From NCBI GenBank assembly GCA_047967505.1, contig CM106538.1: DNA of 64,000 nt; one strand, written 5' to 3'. Position numbers and translations under genes: made by a program. Origin of the DNA: Dipteris shenzhenensis. Its lineage: Eukaryota. A model generated the notes under the pieces. It was given only the letters and a program-made list of their open reading frames with translations, was not told where the DNA came from and searched no databases. Shown here piece after piece: positions 24,540 through 37,484 of the stretch (position 1 is the first letter of the stretch; every line of letters starts with the position of its first letter).

Positions 24540-26835
24540 TGCATAGCAAATTGGTCTAAAACCTTAGATTAGAGGTACATTGGAAGGCACTTTACGCAGG
24601 TCTACTCGGGTGAGATACCCTATTTTTGAGTAGCAAATTGTTCTAAAACCTCAAGTTAAAGGTACATTGGAAAGCACTTTACCTCACAGGTACTTGAGTG
24701 AGATACCCTATTTTTGAGCAGCAAATTGGTCTAAAACCTCAGGTTGGAGGTACATTGGAAAGCACTTTACCTCACAAGTCTACTCGAGTGAGATACCCTA
24801 TTCAAAGACTTACCTATGAAGGATTTGCAGCAGTGCACCATGGATATATGACAAATGCTTTACAAGATAAGGAGCTAGAAAAGTTTGAGGATGCAGTAGA
24901 ACATCCATTATGGATACAAGCCATGGATGAAGAGATTGAAGAAGCTGACAAGCAGGGATTATTGCATACAACTATGGTGGATATTGTAGAGAGAGAGAGA
25001 TCGGATCAAGAGATACAAGAAGATATTGCAAGAACTAGATGCAGATATTGATTGATTGATGCTTCACCAAGTACATGCTTTTGTAGGCTAAAGCCTTATC
25101 TTTTGACACCATCGGTAAGGTCACTAGACCTCCACCTCACACACCTAGCTCACCTAACTCTAGGATTCTAGAACACCTTCACACCCACACAACTGTAGGA
25201 CAGCTACTCTTGCACACTCCCAGCATAGGACTCCTCATACATCAATTTGACTCTACATACCCCCCACAAATTGATGACCTCATCCCTCGGCAATAGTACA
25301 TGGGATGCTCCATGATGGCCCCTACCAATATCTCACTCCTCTCTCGGTAGTAGTACCTGGGATGCTCCAAGTCATGGCCCCAACCAGTACTCACTCCTAG
25401 GACTCTTGGTTTCTTATGTATCTTGGGGTTTTCTTAGTAAATTGACTAAGGGTATAGACCTGAGACCTAGACATCATTAAAAAAACACTCCAAACCCAAT
25501 ACAATCATTTTAGGAGGACTATCCATGGTAGAGTACCATTATTTGACTCAAGGACACAACACTCATTATTACAAGCATTTTTGGGGGGACTACCCAGGGC
25601 AGAGCACCCACTAACTCTCAAACATATAAATGAATACATAATGAATGTAAATCTCTCGAGATGAGAGATGTTCCCTAAGTAGCTGCCTGCACATAAGTGT
25701 GCACATCCTCCCTGTCGGTGATATGTTGATGAAGCTCATGGCAAAAATGCCCCTAAAGATGTCAGTGAAGTCCATGAGAGCAGCTACCAAGGGCAATCAG
25801 CCCATGACTCTCAAGGTGGCAAAGTGAGAGTCACCAATTGTAGGATAGAGGTCCAAATTTGAGTGAATGTTGCTTAATGTAGAAAAATTCCCAAATACAT
25901 GTGCACCAAATAGTGATGAAATTACACGAGGACCGAAAAGTTTTACATGAACATTGAATGAGATCTGAGTCTTCTCAATCCAAGATTACGGGGAAAAGAT
26001 GTTGTAGGTGGATTTCCTCTCTAGCTACCACTCATGCTGTTTGGCTTAGTTTCGTCACCTCAAAACTAGTTGCGTAGATTATCATGTCCACTTCCTTCTG
26101 ACACTCCTCCTTCTCGTTGCAACACATGATGCTCTTCTGGTGATGAAATAATCTAAAAACATCGAGGTTGGTGCAGGCAGCTAGTAGAGAAGAAGCTCTC
26201 AAAATTGTGGTGATAGAAATTTTCCAAAAGATGGCAGTAGTTCTCTCAGAAATAGGGCATCACAAGATTCTTAGAAAATAAGAAGAAGGTGGCGCAGGTC
26301 TCTTAGGAATATGCTCTGATACCAATTGAAGAAGGTGACAAGCAGGGATTGTTGCATACAACTATGGTGGATTGAAGGTGACTCCCATATGGTAGAGAAA
26401 GAGAGCTCAGATCAAGAGATATAAGAAGATATTGCAAGAACTCGGTCGATCGATTGATGCTTCACCAAGTACATGCTTTTGTAGGCTAAAGCCTTATCTT
26501 TTGACATCATAGGTGAGGTCACTAGATCTCCACCTCACAGACCTAGCTCACCTAACTCTAGGATTCTAGAACACCTTCACACCCACACAACTGTAGGACA
26601 CCCTAGGACTTTAAAACACCTACTCTCACACACTCCTAGCATAGGACTCCTAGCCCTTAGGCATACCCATAAATCAATTTGACTCTACAGAGATGATTGC
26701 TTTGGAGCAGCAAGGTACTTGGTCACTTGCAGATTTTCCTAAGGGCAAGGATGTCATAGGCTGCAAATAGGTTTACAATATAAAGCATAATGCAAATCAC
26801 AATGTGACCAGGTAGAAGGCCCACTTGGTTTGAAG
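24540..26835 (+). mobile_element. Copia remnant (pre-RT and RT start), interrupted by a nested LTR element
   Basis: RYPIQRLTY..EKFEDAVEHPLWIQAMDEE|MIALEQQGTWSLADFPKGKDVIGCK*VYNIKHNA reads in frame after removing 24937-26694; three about 88 bp tandem copies at 24540-24800. Confidence 0.85.
24937..26689 (-). mobile_element. Non-autonomous LTR retroelement (TRIM-like), 1753 bp
   Basis: LTRs 24937-25257 and 26327-26689 (TG...CA); perfect TSD GAGAT (24932-24936, 26690-26694); tRNA-iMet PBS TGGTATCAGAGC (minus strand, 26324-26313); G-rich PPT next to 25258; no gag or pol recognised inside. Confidence 0.93.
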
Positions 26836-26859
26836 AGTATGTCGGTTGCAGAAGGCAAT

Positions 26860-27275
26860 ATATGGAGAGTTGTGTGATGTAGTCTTTTTATTATTATTAA
26901 TGTTTGTTTTGTTTTATGTTTGAGACTGGCACTCATCTCTCCTGCGAGAGTTGTGTGTTGCACTTTCAGTTTCTATATAAAGGTATGTTTTTTATCCGAG
27001 GTTGGCACTTATCTCTCTTGAGAGAGTTGTGTGTTGCAGTCTCAGTTTTGATAGACATGTTTATTTGTAGGATCTCTTAGTCTGGCACTCATCTCTTTTA
27101 TGAGAGATATGTGATGAAGTCTAAGCTTAGCGATGTTTTCATAGATGCTTATTCTAGCACTCATCTCTCTCTTGAGAGTTGTGTGATGCAGTCTAAGTTT
27201 GATATCATGTGATGTGCTCATAGACACTTAGTCTGGCACTCAACTGTCCCTTGATAGTTGTGTGTTGTAGTTGAA
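26860..27275. repeat. Tandem repeats of about 75 bp (possibly within a Copia LTR)
   Basis: About five copies of CTGGCACTCATCTCTCTTGAGAGAGTTGTGTG.TGCAGTCT. Confidence 0.8.
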
Positions 27276-28439
27276 GCCTAGTGTTAGATGTGAAGAAATG
27301 GTTAGTCAGTGTTACACACTCAGTGTCACACAATATCTAGATTTTTTGTGATTTGATTTATAGTAGTCTATTACATGAGTTGAGTTTAAGTTGAGAGGTT
27401 ATACCTAGGCCGTTTTTGGAATTTCTTGCATTGTTAATTGGCATTTCTTGCTCAGTTTTTTATCATATATCATAGATGTTTTTATCGAAGGTATATATAT
27501 ATATTAATAAAAAAACATGGCAAAAGTTTATCAAGCTAGTTTTTTTAGTTTTATAATATTGATAGAATGTAGTACACTTTTCTATATTTTCTTTTGAATT
27601 CTGGCATAAAATATGTGAATCCTGGTGAAACTTCAAAAATTTTCACACAAAAGTTTCAAATCCTGGTGAATGTTTCAAACATTTATTTTTATTAGGGCAT
27701 AAAACTTTCAATACCAATATAAAATTTCCTTCCTTAACGAAACTAACATGAAAAAATCATCCCTGTCATACATGGCATTGAATTCTTTTTTGAATTTTGT
27801 GTTGCAGCTTGTTGCATATTAGATGGATCATGTGAGTGAGAAGAGAAAGTCTTAGCATCCTCAGTCAAAAGCTCATAAGAAGGTGCTGAAAAATGAGAAT
27901 GTGCACTTCGTAATGAATGTGATCATGATAGCATTGAGATGACTTTCATCAATGGTGAAAGCAATGTACAAAATCTAGCTAGGACCATGGTAGAGCATGG
28001 AGTAAGGACCCTACGTTAATGATTTCCAAATGTTTTTCCAATAGAATGTGTAGATCAATTCATGCACCACTTCACCTTGGACACTCGACGATGTCTTGGT
28101 CAACTAGATCGAGAGATCACCTCTTGTGATACAAAGTGGGAGGGTCCCGCTTTAGAAGCCAAGGTCGCATACATTAAGAATGACTAGAGAGTTTCAAAGG
28201 CAAAGGAGTTGCCTTGTCCTCCCTTCCACCAATACACCCACTCCCCCAAGTACCACCACATCCACAAGCATCATTGCATCCACTATAGCCACAAGCATCA
28301 CTGTAGCCACATTGTCCACATGCACTAATGCATACACCAAAACCCATCTTCTCTAGTATCCCTTTCCCTGAACTTCTTCTTGTACATGGTCTTCCCTATC
28401 TGACCCCCTCATATCCATACCCACAAGCAATTCCTCCAC

Positions 28440-29392
28440 TTGTTCCACGTCTCATCACATTCACATCCAAATTTTGCAACTTGTTTTGCACGTCCGTTTG
28501 TGCTTCCTACCACACGTGCTGACCAGTTTCCCTCTCCTTCATACTCGCCTACACCAGGAATGAACAATCCTACTGCATGTGTTAATAGGCTTCCGTCTCG
28601 ATCAATCTCGCCTTCATACTCACCTACACAAGCACCACCAACAACACTTACACCACATGGCCTGCATGGAGATGCACAAGTGACAACACCTGTGCAGCCC
28701 ACACTACTTCAATGACATGATGTTTGATTAACACCTAATGTAGCTGTGGGCATAGGTACACGTGGAACTGTCAGCATGTGCAATATTCTTATCTCACCAT
28801 TTGGTCCCCGTACAATTTATGCATGCAAGGTGCTGAAGCACTCTGTGTCTATTAATGAGTTGAAGGCAAAAGCCTTGGAGGAATCCTCATGCCTGGCTGA
28901 TGTTGTACATCTAGGCATCATCTGAGCTATAGGTCTAGTACATGATGATAATCCAATGATAATATTTCCATTTTGGAATGGAAATCATTTGGAAATATGG
29001 CTGACCTACCTTGAACATGATGTGGAAAGCAACCATTTTCGATGGGACATAGAGATGATGCAGAAATGCCTGCTAGAGCTCCACGAGTCCCCTCACATGT
29101 TTTTGATATTTTAAGTGCACTTGTATGCACTATTCATTACATGCACCAACACAATGACCTACATAATGATTTGCATTCACAAAACATTATGCTACATTTT
29201 TGTGAGTCATCCAAGGAAGCGTATTTGGGCATTTGTGATTGGGGAATGATGACATGGATAAGCACTAGCGAGCATTATCTAGAATTACTTAGTAATATCC
29301 CACCACTGTGCAAACTTCCCATCAAATATTTTTCCATGTCACTACGGAGTGCCTGTGCACCAACCCCCCACCTTTCAACATTGCACAAGATG
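28440..29392 (+). pseudogene. Protein kinase pseudogene, 5' part (Pro/Ser/Thr-rich region plus kinase subdomains I-VII)
   Basis: AVGIGTRGTV (G-loop), YACKVL, HLGII*AIG, FPFWNG, then after a frameshift HYMHQHNDLHNDLHSQNIMLHF and GICDWG; TGA stops consistent with CGA deamination; no introns seen. Confidence 0.85.
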
Positions 29393-30419
29393 TGTATTAA
29401 TAGCCGAATCAGAAATCAGGACTAGAGGCTAGAGGCTAAGCATGGCGACACTTGAGGGCCATAGAGAAAAGGAGAACGTGAGGGCGAAACGTTATCATGG
29501 GAGGGAAAAAGGAATTAGAAGGGGAGGGAATGAAGAGGGAGACTATGACACAAGGGAAAAGGGAGAGGGGGAAGAGAAGCATGTACATGATGGGAGGAGG
29601 AATGTAAAGACGCAGACATCAAGGGAAGAGGACCATGCTTTATTTTGAAAGGAAGGGGAAGGGAGAAATCAAAGTACTGGCTAGGTGGCTTTACAAGAAT
29701 GAGCATGTCCCATCAAGGAATAGCCCCCTCCTTTTATAGCCAAGAGAGGGGGTCTCTCCCAATAATGCATCCTCCCACATGCATGGTGTGTGTGGAAAAG
29801 TCTCCCATGTGGGCTAGGCGGTTACACACTCTCAATTGTGTGCGACAACATTTTGCCTCATTTTTCCACATAAATCAAGCCCCATATCTCAAGTCTATGA
29901 TACTCCCTTGGTCTCTTCCCAATTTTATAATACATTCAAACCTCTAGGAGGACAAGTGGAGGGTTGGCACAAGGAATCTTGCCACTTCATCCTACTTTCC
30001 CCATTATTTAACTTGCTCTCTTGGACCTTCTATACCTCCCCCACATGGGCCTATCCTATATGGAGGGAATAACCCAATATAATATCCATCTCCACCTATT
30101 TTATATTACTTCTCCCATGGACTTTGAGTACTTCTTCCATGGACTTTGAGCCATATCTCACTAAATGTAGCCTAGGTGGAGGGGTGGCACATGGAGGAGC
30201 CATGCCATCTTACATTTTATAAAATTACTACCATGGATCACACCTTATGGGTCCTCTTACGTGGAAGGGTGGCACATGGTCATGCTCTACCACCTCAACC
30301 CTGGGCCCTATGCATACCATATTTTATTATACTATTGCCACACATACAAACACACACACATATTAATGCCTTTTTCCTTATACAAATTTATCCATAACAG
30401 TTCCCTCCCAGGCATGGAA

Positions 30420-33400
30420 TGCACATCATTTCCATGCCTGGGTCCATCACACACAAAGAAGGGCTTGAGGTAACGCTTGTTGATCACCTTCTTGCCATAT
30501 GGTTCATGCAGCTCCTGAACTTGTACAGACCCATGGCTACGTTCCTTGATGACTTTGTATGGACCGATCCACAGTGGCAAAAACTTCTTATCCATTTGGT
30601 GGTCCAATCTGTTATCAAAGCATAGCATAACATCCCCCTCAGCAAAATATCTTTCCCATCCCTTGCGAATCTTAGCATCCAAGTGGGCCTTTTGTTGATT
30701 CTTTTGGATCCCTGTTTGGTGTAGTGCAAGGCATCGAGTTTCATCTAGCTTCTCAAGTTGTACCAATCTGGCCTCTACATGTTCATCTTCTGTCATCCTC
30801 TGTTCTTGTGCCAATCTCAAGGCCGGAATCTCTATCTCTAGTGGTAAAACTGCCTCAGTACCATACACCAACTCAAAAGGAGTGTGACCTGTAGACGTTT
30901 TATGAGTGATGTTGTAAGCCCACACGCTTCAATGACCTTTTGATCCCACTGGCTCCTGTTCCCTGCGGCCATTTTTCCCATGGTTTTACAAAGGAGGCCA
31001 TTGGTCCACTCCGTTTGACCCATGGATGCTGGATAATAGATGCTAGAAGTGCGATGATCAATACCCATGCGATCCATAAGTAACTCCATTGCTTCATTTA
31101 AGAATGGACTCCCATGGTCAGAGACTATTTCCATGGGTGTCCCAAACCTTGTGTAGATACGTTCAAATATGAAATTTGAAACTGCCTTACCATTTGCAAC
31201 AGGGAGGGCGATAGATTTAGCCCACTTAGTGACATACTGAGTGGCTACCAAAAGATACTTCTTTTTGTGGGCAGTCATGGGCAAGGGCCTGACAAAATCT
31301 ATTCCCCACTTCTGAAATGGATGGATGGACATCACTGGGTGATTGCCCAAAACGCAAATCCTTCCTACCAAAGAATTGACATGGTTTATAGGTTTTGCAA
31401 TACAAAGTGACATCCTTGAACAAGGTCGGCCAATAGTATCCAGCATGTAAAATCTTCTTAGCTGTATAGTCACTGGCATAGTGGCCTCCACAAAATCCAT
31501 CATGATAATGCTTCAATACCTTAGGCACTTCATCTGCATCAATGGCCCGTCTTAGTATCCCATCCATGCCTTAACGGTACAACACCCCATCAAGGAGGGT
31601 GTAGTGCCTACTATCTCTGCGGATCTTCTTTCTCTCATAGCTAGTACTTTCTGGAGGAAAGGAGAAAGCAGTCAGAAACCTATAGATACCACCATACCAT
31701 GGATCCCCAACTTCTATGGTCGCTACAAGGGTTACATCAAGACACTCCTCTATATCAATCAAAGCATTCTTCAAGTTGGAACAACCCCCTTTTACAATTT
31801 TGAAAGAAAAATCATATTCTTGTAAAAGTGCCAACCATTTGGCCAACCGGCCCATGGCGTTTGATGATTGAAGAACCTGCTTTGCAAGACCAGTGCTAGT
31901 GAGTATAATGAAGGACTTTCCAGCCACATAATGCCTAAATTTCTCAATGCAGAACACCAAAGACAAGGCATGCTTGTCAGCCTCTGAATAGCATCGCTCA
32001 GTGTCGAGCAATTGTCGAGAAGCAAATCGAATGGGATACATGAACCGATTCTCCCCTTGCTGGAGAAGAATACCTGCCAGAGTGTGCTCACCAAACCCAG
32101 GATTGATATAGAAAGTTTTTGACCAATCTGGATTGCGTAGAATGGGTTCTGAAGCCAGAGCATTCTTGATTTGTGCAAACCCATGATCACAATCCTCATC
32201 CCAAGAGAAATCAACCCCATCTTTTAATAGCATAGTCATGGGTCGTGTCAAAGCAGCATATTGATCAATGAAGCAGCGATAGTATCCTACTAGATTGACA
32301 AATGAGCGTATTTGACGTTTGGTTGTTGGTGGGGAGAGCTTGAGGATGGCTTCTACCTTCTCGGGGTCAGGCTTGACGCCCTCAGATGAGACAATATGTC
32401 CCAGTAACCTCCCTTGAGTAGCTCCAATGGTGCATTTCTCAGGGTTGAGACTGCCATTCGCATCATTGACCCTTTGGAAGGCCAACCTAACCTTCATGAC
32501 GTGCTCTTTACGTGACGAGAATATACAAAAATCATCTAAAAACACCTCCAAGAAATCCCCCAAATAAGGAGCAAACACCATCTGCATAAATCTCTGAAAT
32601 GTAGCAGGAGCATTGGTGAGGCCAAATGGCATTACTTTGAATGCAAATGTCCCCCAAGGTGTGGCAAATGTGGTTTTAAGCACATCCTCCTCAACAATCC
32701 CGATTTGATAAAACCTGGAGTAACCATCACAGAAAGTATACATCTCATGACCACTTACCTTCTCAAGAATGAGGTCTTGGAAGGGAAGAGGGTGATGGTC
32801 CCTCTTGATGGCTGCATTGAGTTTCTTATAGTCGATGCAGACCCGCCACTTGTTTTTCTTTGGGGTGACTACCAGTGGTGAAACCCATTCCGTATTGTGA
32901 ACCGGAACAATAAACCCAGCTTCTACAAGTTTCTGCAACTCTAAGCGCGAAGCATCGATATGTAGGGGCCCTAATCTCCGATACTTCTGAGCCACAGGCT
33001 TCGCATCAGGCTTCAGCTCTATCTTGTGTTCTATGGCAGTCACATGGTGAAGGTGGCAGTAGCTAGTTGCGAAAAGGTCAAGGAAATCTTTGAACATATC
33101 TAGGAACTCATATTTCTCACTTGGAGTGAGGTCTGGGGAAAGCATAGATTCAAGCTGTTGAGGACTAGCTGTTACCTTTTCTGCAGGTGGTGGGGTTGGA
33201 GACACCCCCTTCATGTAAACTTCCTCCTCTGAGAACTCCTCCCCCCCTCTGATTCTTCCATTGATTTAGACAGCGAGGATGAGAGAGTATCACTATCTTG
33301 CTCCTCTTCTTGTTTTGGTTCCGTGGCACCTGGTTGCACCAGGATCTTCTCCTTAGAAGCACCAAAAGATGTGTCCTGTCTTCCAATAGCTGACTACATC

Positions 33401-33802
33401 ACTCTTTCTCAACCATGGTCTCCCGAGTATGGCTGGGTAACTCCTACTTGTATCTTCAATGTCCACTACACAGAAATTGACGATGGTGGTCAACCCATTA
33501 ACCGTGATGGGAAAATCCTCAATGACTCCTAGGGTGGTGAGTCGTCGACCATCTGCTACCTTGATTCGAGTGGAGGAATGCCTTGTACATTTCAAATTCA
33601 ATTTCTTTATGATTCGGGGCACCATGATATTGCATGCAGATCCCCCATCAACACACACATTTTTGACACGGCAATTATTTATGATGACATCTATTGTATG
33701 TGGATGCCGATCGATTTCTATAGAGATGGAAGATATCTCTCCTACCTTTCCCTTTTTCTTGCTTCTCCTTGTTGAGAGCCCTTGGTGCAGCTCACGTCTC
33801 AC
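30420..33802 (-). pseudogene. Gypsy pol: protease, RT, RNase H, integrase (disrupted)
   Basis: VCVDGGSACNIM..AILGRPWL (PR); WRVCIDYKKLN, MPFGLTNAPATFQR, VFLDDF (RT); YPIRFASRQL (RH); HDGFCGGH, KWGIDF, IVSDHG, GQTE, WIGPYKV (IN with GPY). Confidence 0.95.
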
Positions 33803-33899
33803 CTAAGGGCTTAATGCTATTAGTTGAGGGAGCATGATGCTCAAAGAACGATGAGCAAGGTCCTGAATGACCGAATAGTAGATCTTCTTGCCCCGAGCT

Positions 33900-35072
33900 G
33901 ATGGAAAAATCTGAGGGTGACCACTTACTCTTGTGAGATCTTTTAGTCTTCTCTATTGGTGGGTCTGCCATCTCAGCATCTGAGGGCACTGAGAAGGACA
34001 CCTTCTTCCTGGGGCGGCCTGGTCCACAGTTTGCAGAGGGGTCTGAGGTGGTACGACTTCTTTTCCCGAGGTCGAGGATCTCTATATCAGAATTCTCAGT
34101 GCCAGATTCACTTAGAAGATTCACCCTTGGAATATTGGGACATTCCATGTGATAATGACCTTTCTGGTGGCACTCGTAGCATACAACATTAGCTCGGTCT
34201 CTTAGAGGGTGGTTGGCTTGATTTCTGATGCCCACCATCTCAAGCCGAAGATCATTCAGGGCCTTGGCTAGGTCATTAACTCCGGGTTCTTTTGCAGGAG
34301 GGGCCTCTTTAGTTGGAGGGGCCGAGGGAGTAGAAAGGAGGGGGGCTCGTGGGCGAGGCTAGGGAAATGTTCGAGGCAGAGGGTGAAAATATACACCTTG
34401 TTGAGGGTAAGCATCTAAGGGAGGACCATACATTTGAGGTGGAGGTAGTGGATACATCCCTGATGAGGGGTGGGGGTATGCCCCTGAGTTAGACCCCCCA
34501 GGTTGTCATTGCAAGAATTGAGGGGGTTGCAGAGGGACAATTGTTTTCTTTGAAGCGGGATCAGATTGAACTTTATCAAACTTTTGAGCAATCTCATTTG
34601 CTAGCACCATAGTTTCTGGATTCTCCCATTTAAGCTTGAGGCGGAATTCGTCACTTGCTCCTGCTACAAGGTAGCCCAGCACATGCTGAGTCATTCCAGC
34701 TTGAAATCCGGCATTGTCCTCCTGTGTGGCAATTAAACGGTCTAAGAGCATGGCTGCTCGATCCACATATCGACGCATCATCTCACCTTCTGACTGCTTC
34801 AAGTTTGCCACCTGCAGGTACACATTCTCCGGCTCCTCTTCTTTGCCAAAATACTCAATCATCGCTGCTGTCAACCTTGGCCAGCTTTGGCGAACGTCTT
34901 TGGCCTACTTCGCATACCACACTTGAGCCAAACCCTCTAGAAATGTGGGAAGAACCAACAGCCATCTGTCTTCAGTAAGAAAGTTGAGAGAAACACAACG
35001 GCGCTTGAAGGCCACAAGATACTCATTTGGATTTTCTTCAACCCGTCCACGAAACACGGGAATGTCAGCCAT
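33900..35072 (-). pseudogene. Gypsy gag with CCHC zinc knuckle (disrupted)
   Basis: ATG at 35072 gives MADIPVFRGRVEENPNEYL; LKQSEGEMMRRYVDR; CYECHQKGHYHMEC. Confidence 0.88.
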
Positions 35073-35304
35073 GCTTGGAAAACGAAAAAGAGAGAGATGA
35101 AATGAGCCTTATCTATGGGCAAATAATGGAAAGAGGTAGCTTGAACTAAAAATCAGGTGAAGGTACATCCACAAAGCACACATAGGCAGGGTAGGGTGTG
35201 ACTGGTGTATTGTGAAATACTACACGGGAAGAATTTTCAGCATAGAATAGCTCATAGACAATCTTAAAAGGACCAACCCTCATGATATCATAGCCATCTT
35301 TACA

Positions 35305-36030
35305 AGTGAGGGTTAGAGACACGGCGCTGCATGAGGTTGTTCATCAAGGCAAACAAGAATGCCATGACAAATGTCAATAATTGGAGAGCTTGCACATCAC
35401 CTTCAGCTTCTTCCACTTCTTGTAGTTGCCATGCTATTTCTTCAAGGGGTGTGCAGTCTGGCATGCTTCTTTTGAGAAATGTCCTTGAGGACCTTTGTGA
35501 TGACCTTCTGAAGTTGGTAAACTCGTATCAAGTATGCCCAACACTTAGTTTCATGATGACCACAACGTTTGCATTCCTTACAAATGATCACCCTCCTTTG
35601 TGGCTTGCAGCTTTGTTGGGGTGGTGCTTCCACTCGCGTCATGTGTGATTGAAGTACAAGCTTCACATGCCAAGAAATCAGCAACTATATTTTGAGCTCG
35701 AGGGATATGCTGAATTTTTACCTCTTCAAATTGTTGGCACGTCGTGGAACTAAGCCTTTGCTCCGCACCTTCCACCTTCCACTAACTTGTTCACACACTA
35801 GTTGAGAATCTCCTTGCACCTTAAGTTGCTTGATGCGATGCTCTTGTGCCTTTTGTAGCCCAAAAATGAGTGCTGAGTACTCAGGTTGGTTACATGTACT
35901 TGCAGGTGCAGACTTGCTATAACAATACTCCTCACCACCCGGTGAACTGAGCTTCATACCCACGCCAGTAGCCTTGGTCATAGGTTTGTAAGCTCCATCA
36001 AATTGAAGGATCCAAGATGTCATCACACCA
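35305..36030 (-). pseudogene. Extra RNase HI (aRH-type) plus zinc-knuckle-like ORF upstream of gag
   Basis: WILQFDGA..TCNQPEYSALIFGL..LKVQGDSQLVCEQVSGRWKV..IQHIPRAQNIVADFLA, then CKRCGHHETKCW; frameshifted. Confidence 0.88.
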
Positions 36031-37466
36031 AGACTAAAATCCGGACATCCCAAGTTTCTCGGTAGTCCAAGATAGGTAGAAGGAGAGGGTGGGGAGAATT
36101 CAATACTTGAGCCAAACATTCAGCACCAAATAAATTGGCAATCCTTTGTTGATAGTTTATCTTTAGACAAAAAAGAATTACAACTTGCAGCTCAAAATGA
36201 GGCACAAAGGGTTGATTAGGTACAAATGGATTCCTTGGTCGAAACATTACCAACCATAGCCAAGGCCTAGAAACCTTTGTAGTGAGATTGAGAATAAGCC
36301 ATTCAAGACGAGTTTATCCACAGGAATTAACAAGCAGATGCGCCAAATCTCCCCCCAAGCTTGGGGAGCATCCCACCCTTCGATGAAGGACACCCTTTTA
36401 ATTACCTCCGAAGTAGCAAGTAGCTCAATCACCGCACAATGAGTAGAATTAAAATCAAAGTTCTCCCAGCGTATCAATAGTTCTTCACCTTGAATCAACC
36501 ACGGTGTATCATCCCACTGTCTCCTTGAACAATGCACTAGACAATCAGCCATTGAAGGTTGACATGAATATCAAGAAAGAGATCTCGCCAATTGGTAGCC
36601 GTAATGAGCGGAGGACCAGGCACCAAATCCTTAAACTTGTCGAGAAGTGACATAAATATCCACCCTCCTCGTGTGGCGTGCATCCGTGAAGTGGACTTGG
36701 AAAAGTTCTGAATTGGCAATCTAGTAGGAGATCTGAATAGAGCACATGAAATGAAGTACTTTCGCCTTTTACAGCAAGAGTAAACTCCCCACGGTTAGAG
36801 AGTTAAAGTTCCCGAGATTTCAATATATAAGCAAAAATCATTACATTTTCGTCACTTCCAACTTGTTGGCCCAATGATAAGTCTAACTTTTATGAAGGGG
36901 GAGGTCTTGGGTTCAAATCCTATCCTTTAATTCTTTAATAAAAAGAGAGGAGAGGAGAGGAGAGGAGAGGAGAGGAGAAAGAGAAAGAGGAGAGAGAGGG
37001 GGGGCGCGGGATCTGTTACAGTTTTGCAGAAACTCAGAAAACTGTCCGCGACCAGAAGACACAACAGCCCAAAAACTATCGCGCGGGTGAACACAGTAAA
37101 CACGTGGACCCAGAAAAACTATCCGCAACCAGAAGACACGGGAGCTCAAAAAACTATCGTGCGGGTGAACACAATAGATGCGTGAAGCGAATGCATGCGC
37201 AGGAACTCAGAAGGAGCACAGATGTTACAGTTTTGCAGATGCGACTGGTATGAGCAGAAGATTCACCAGCCAGAATACACGTAGGAACCGTGAGCACAAA
37301 GCAGGCAGACTAAAAGTGCAGAAGTAGGGAGGTTTTGTAGCCGTAGAGATAGGGAAGGCACACAGTTTGGAGGTGCAAAAGTAGAGAATTGCGCATGGAA
37401 GAGGCTGCAGAGCCACACCCAGTCGTAGGAGTAATAGGTTTTACACCACTAGCCGTGAAGATTTCG

Positions 37467-37484
37467 ATCCCAGCAGCCATACCA
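37467..37484 (-). promoter_or_regulatory. Primer binding site, tRNA-His-like
   Basis: Minus strand TGGTATGGCTGCTGGGAT, 2 nt from the 5' LTR. The plant cytosolic tRNA-His 3' end as I recall it is ...ATCCCAGCAGCCACACCA (one mismatch). Confidence 0.7.
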
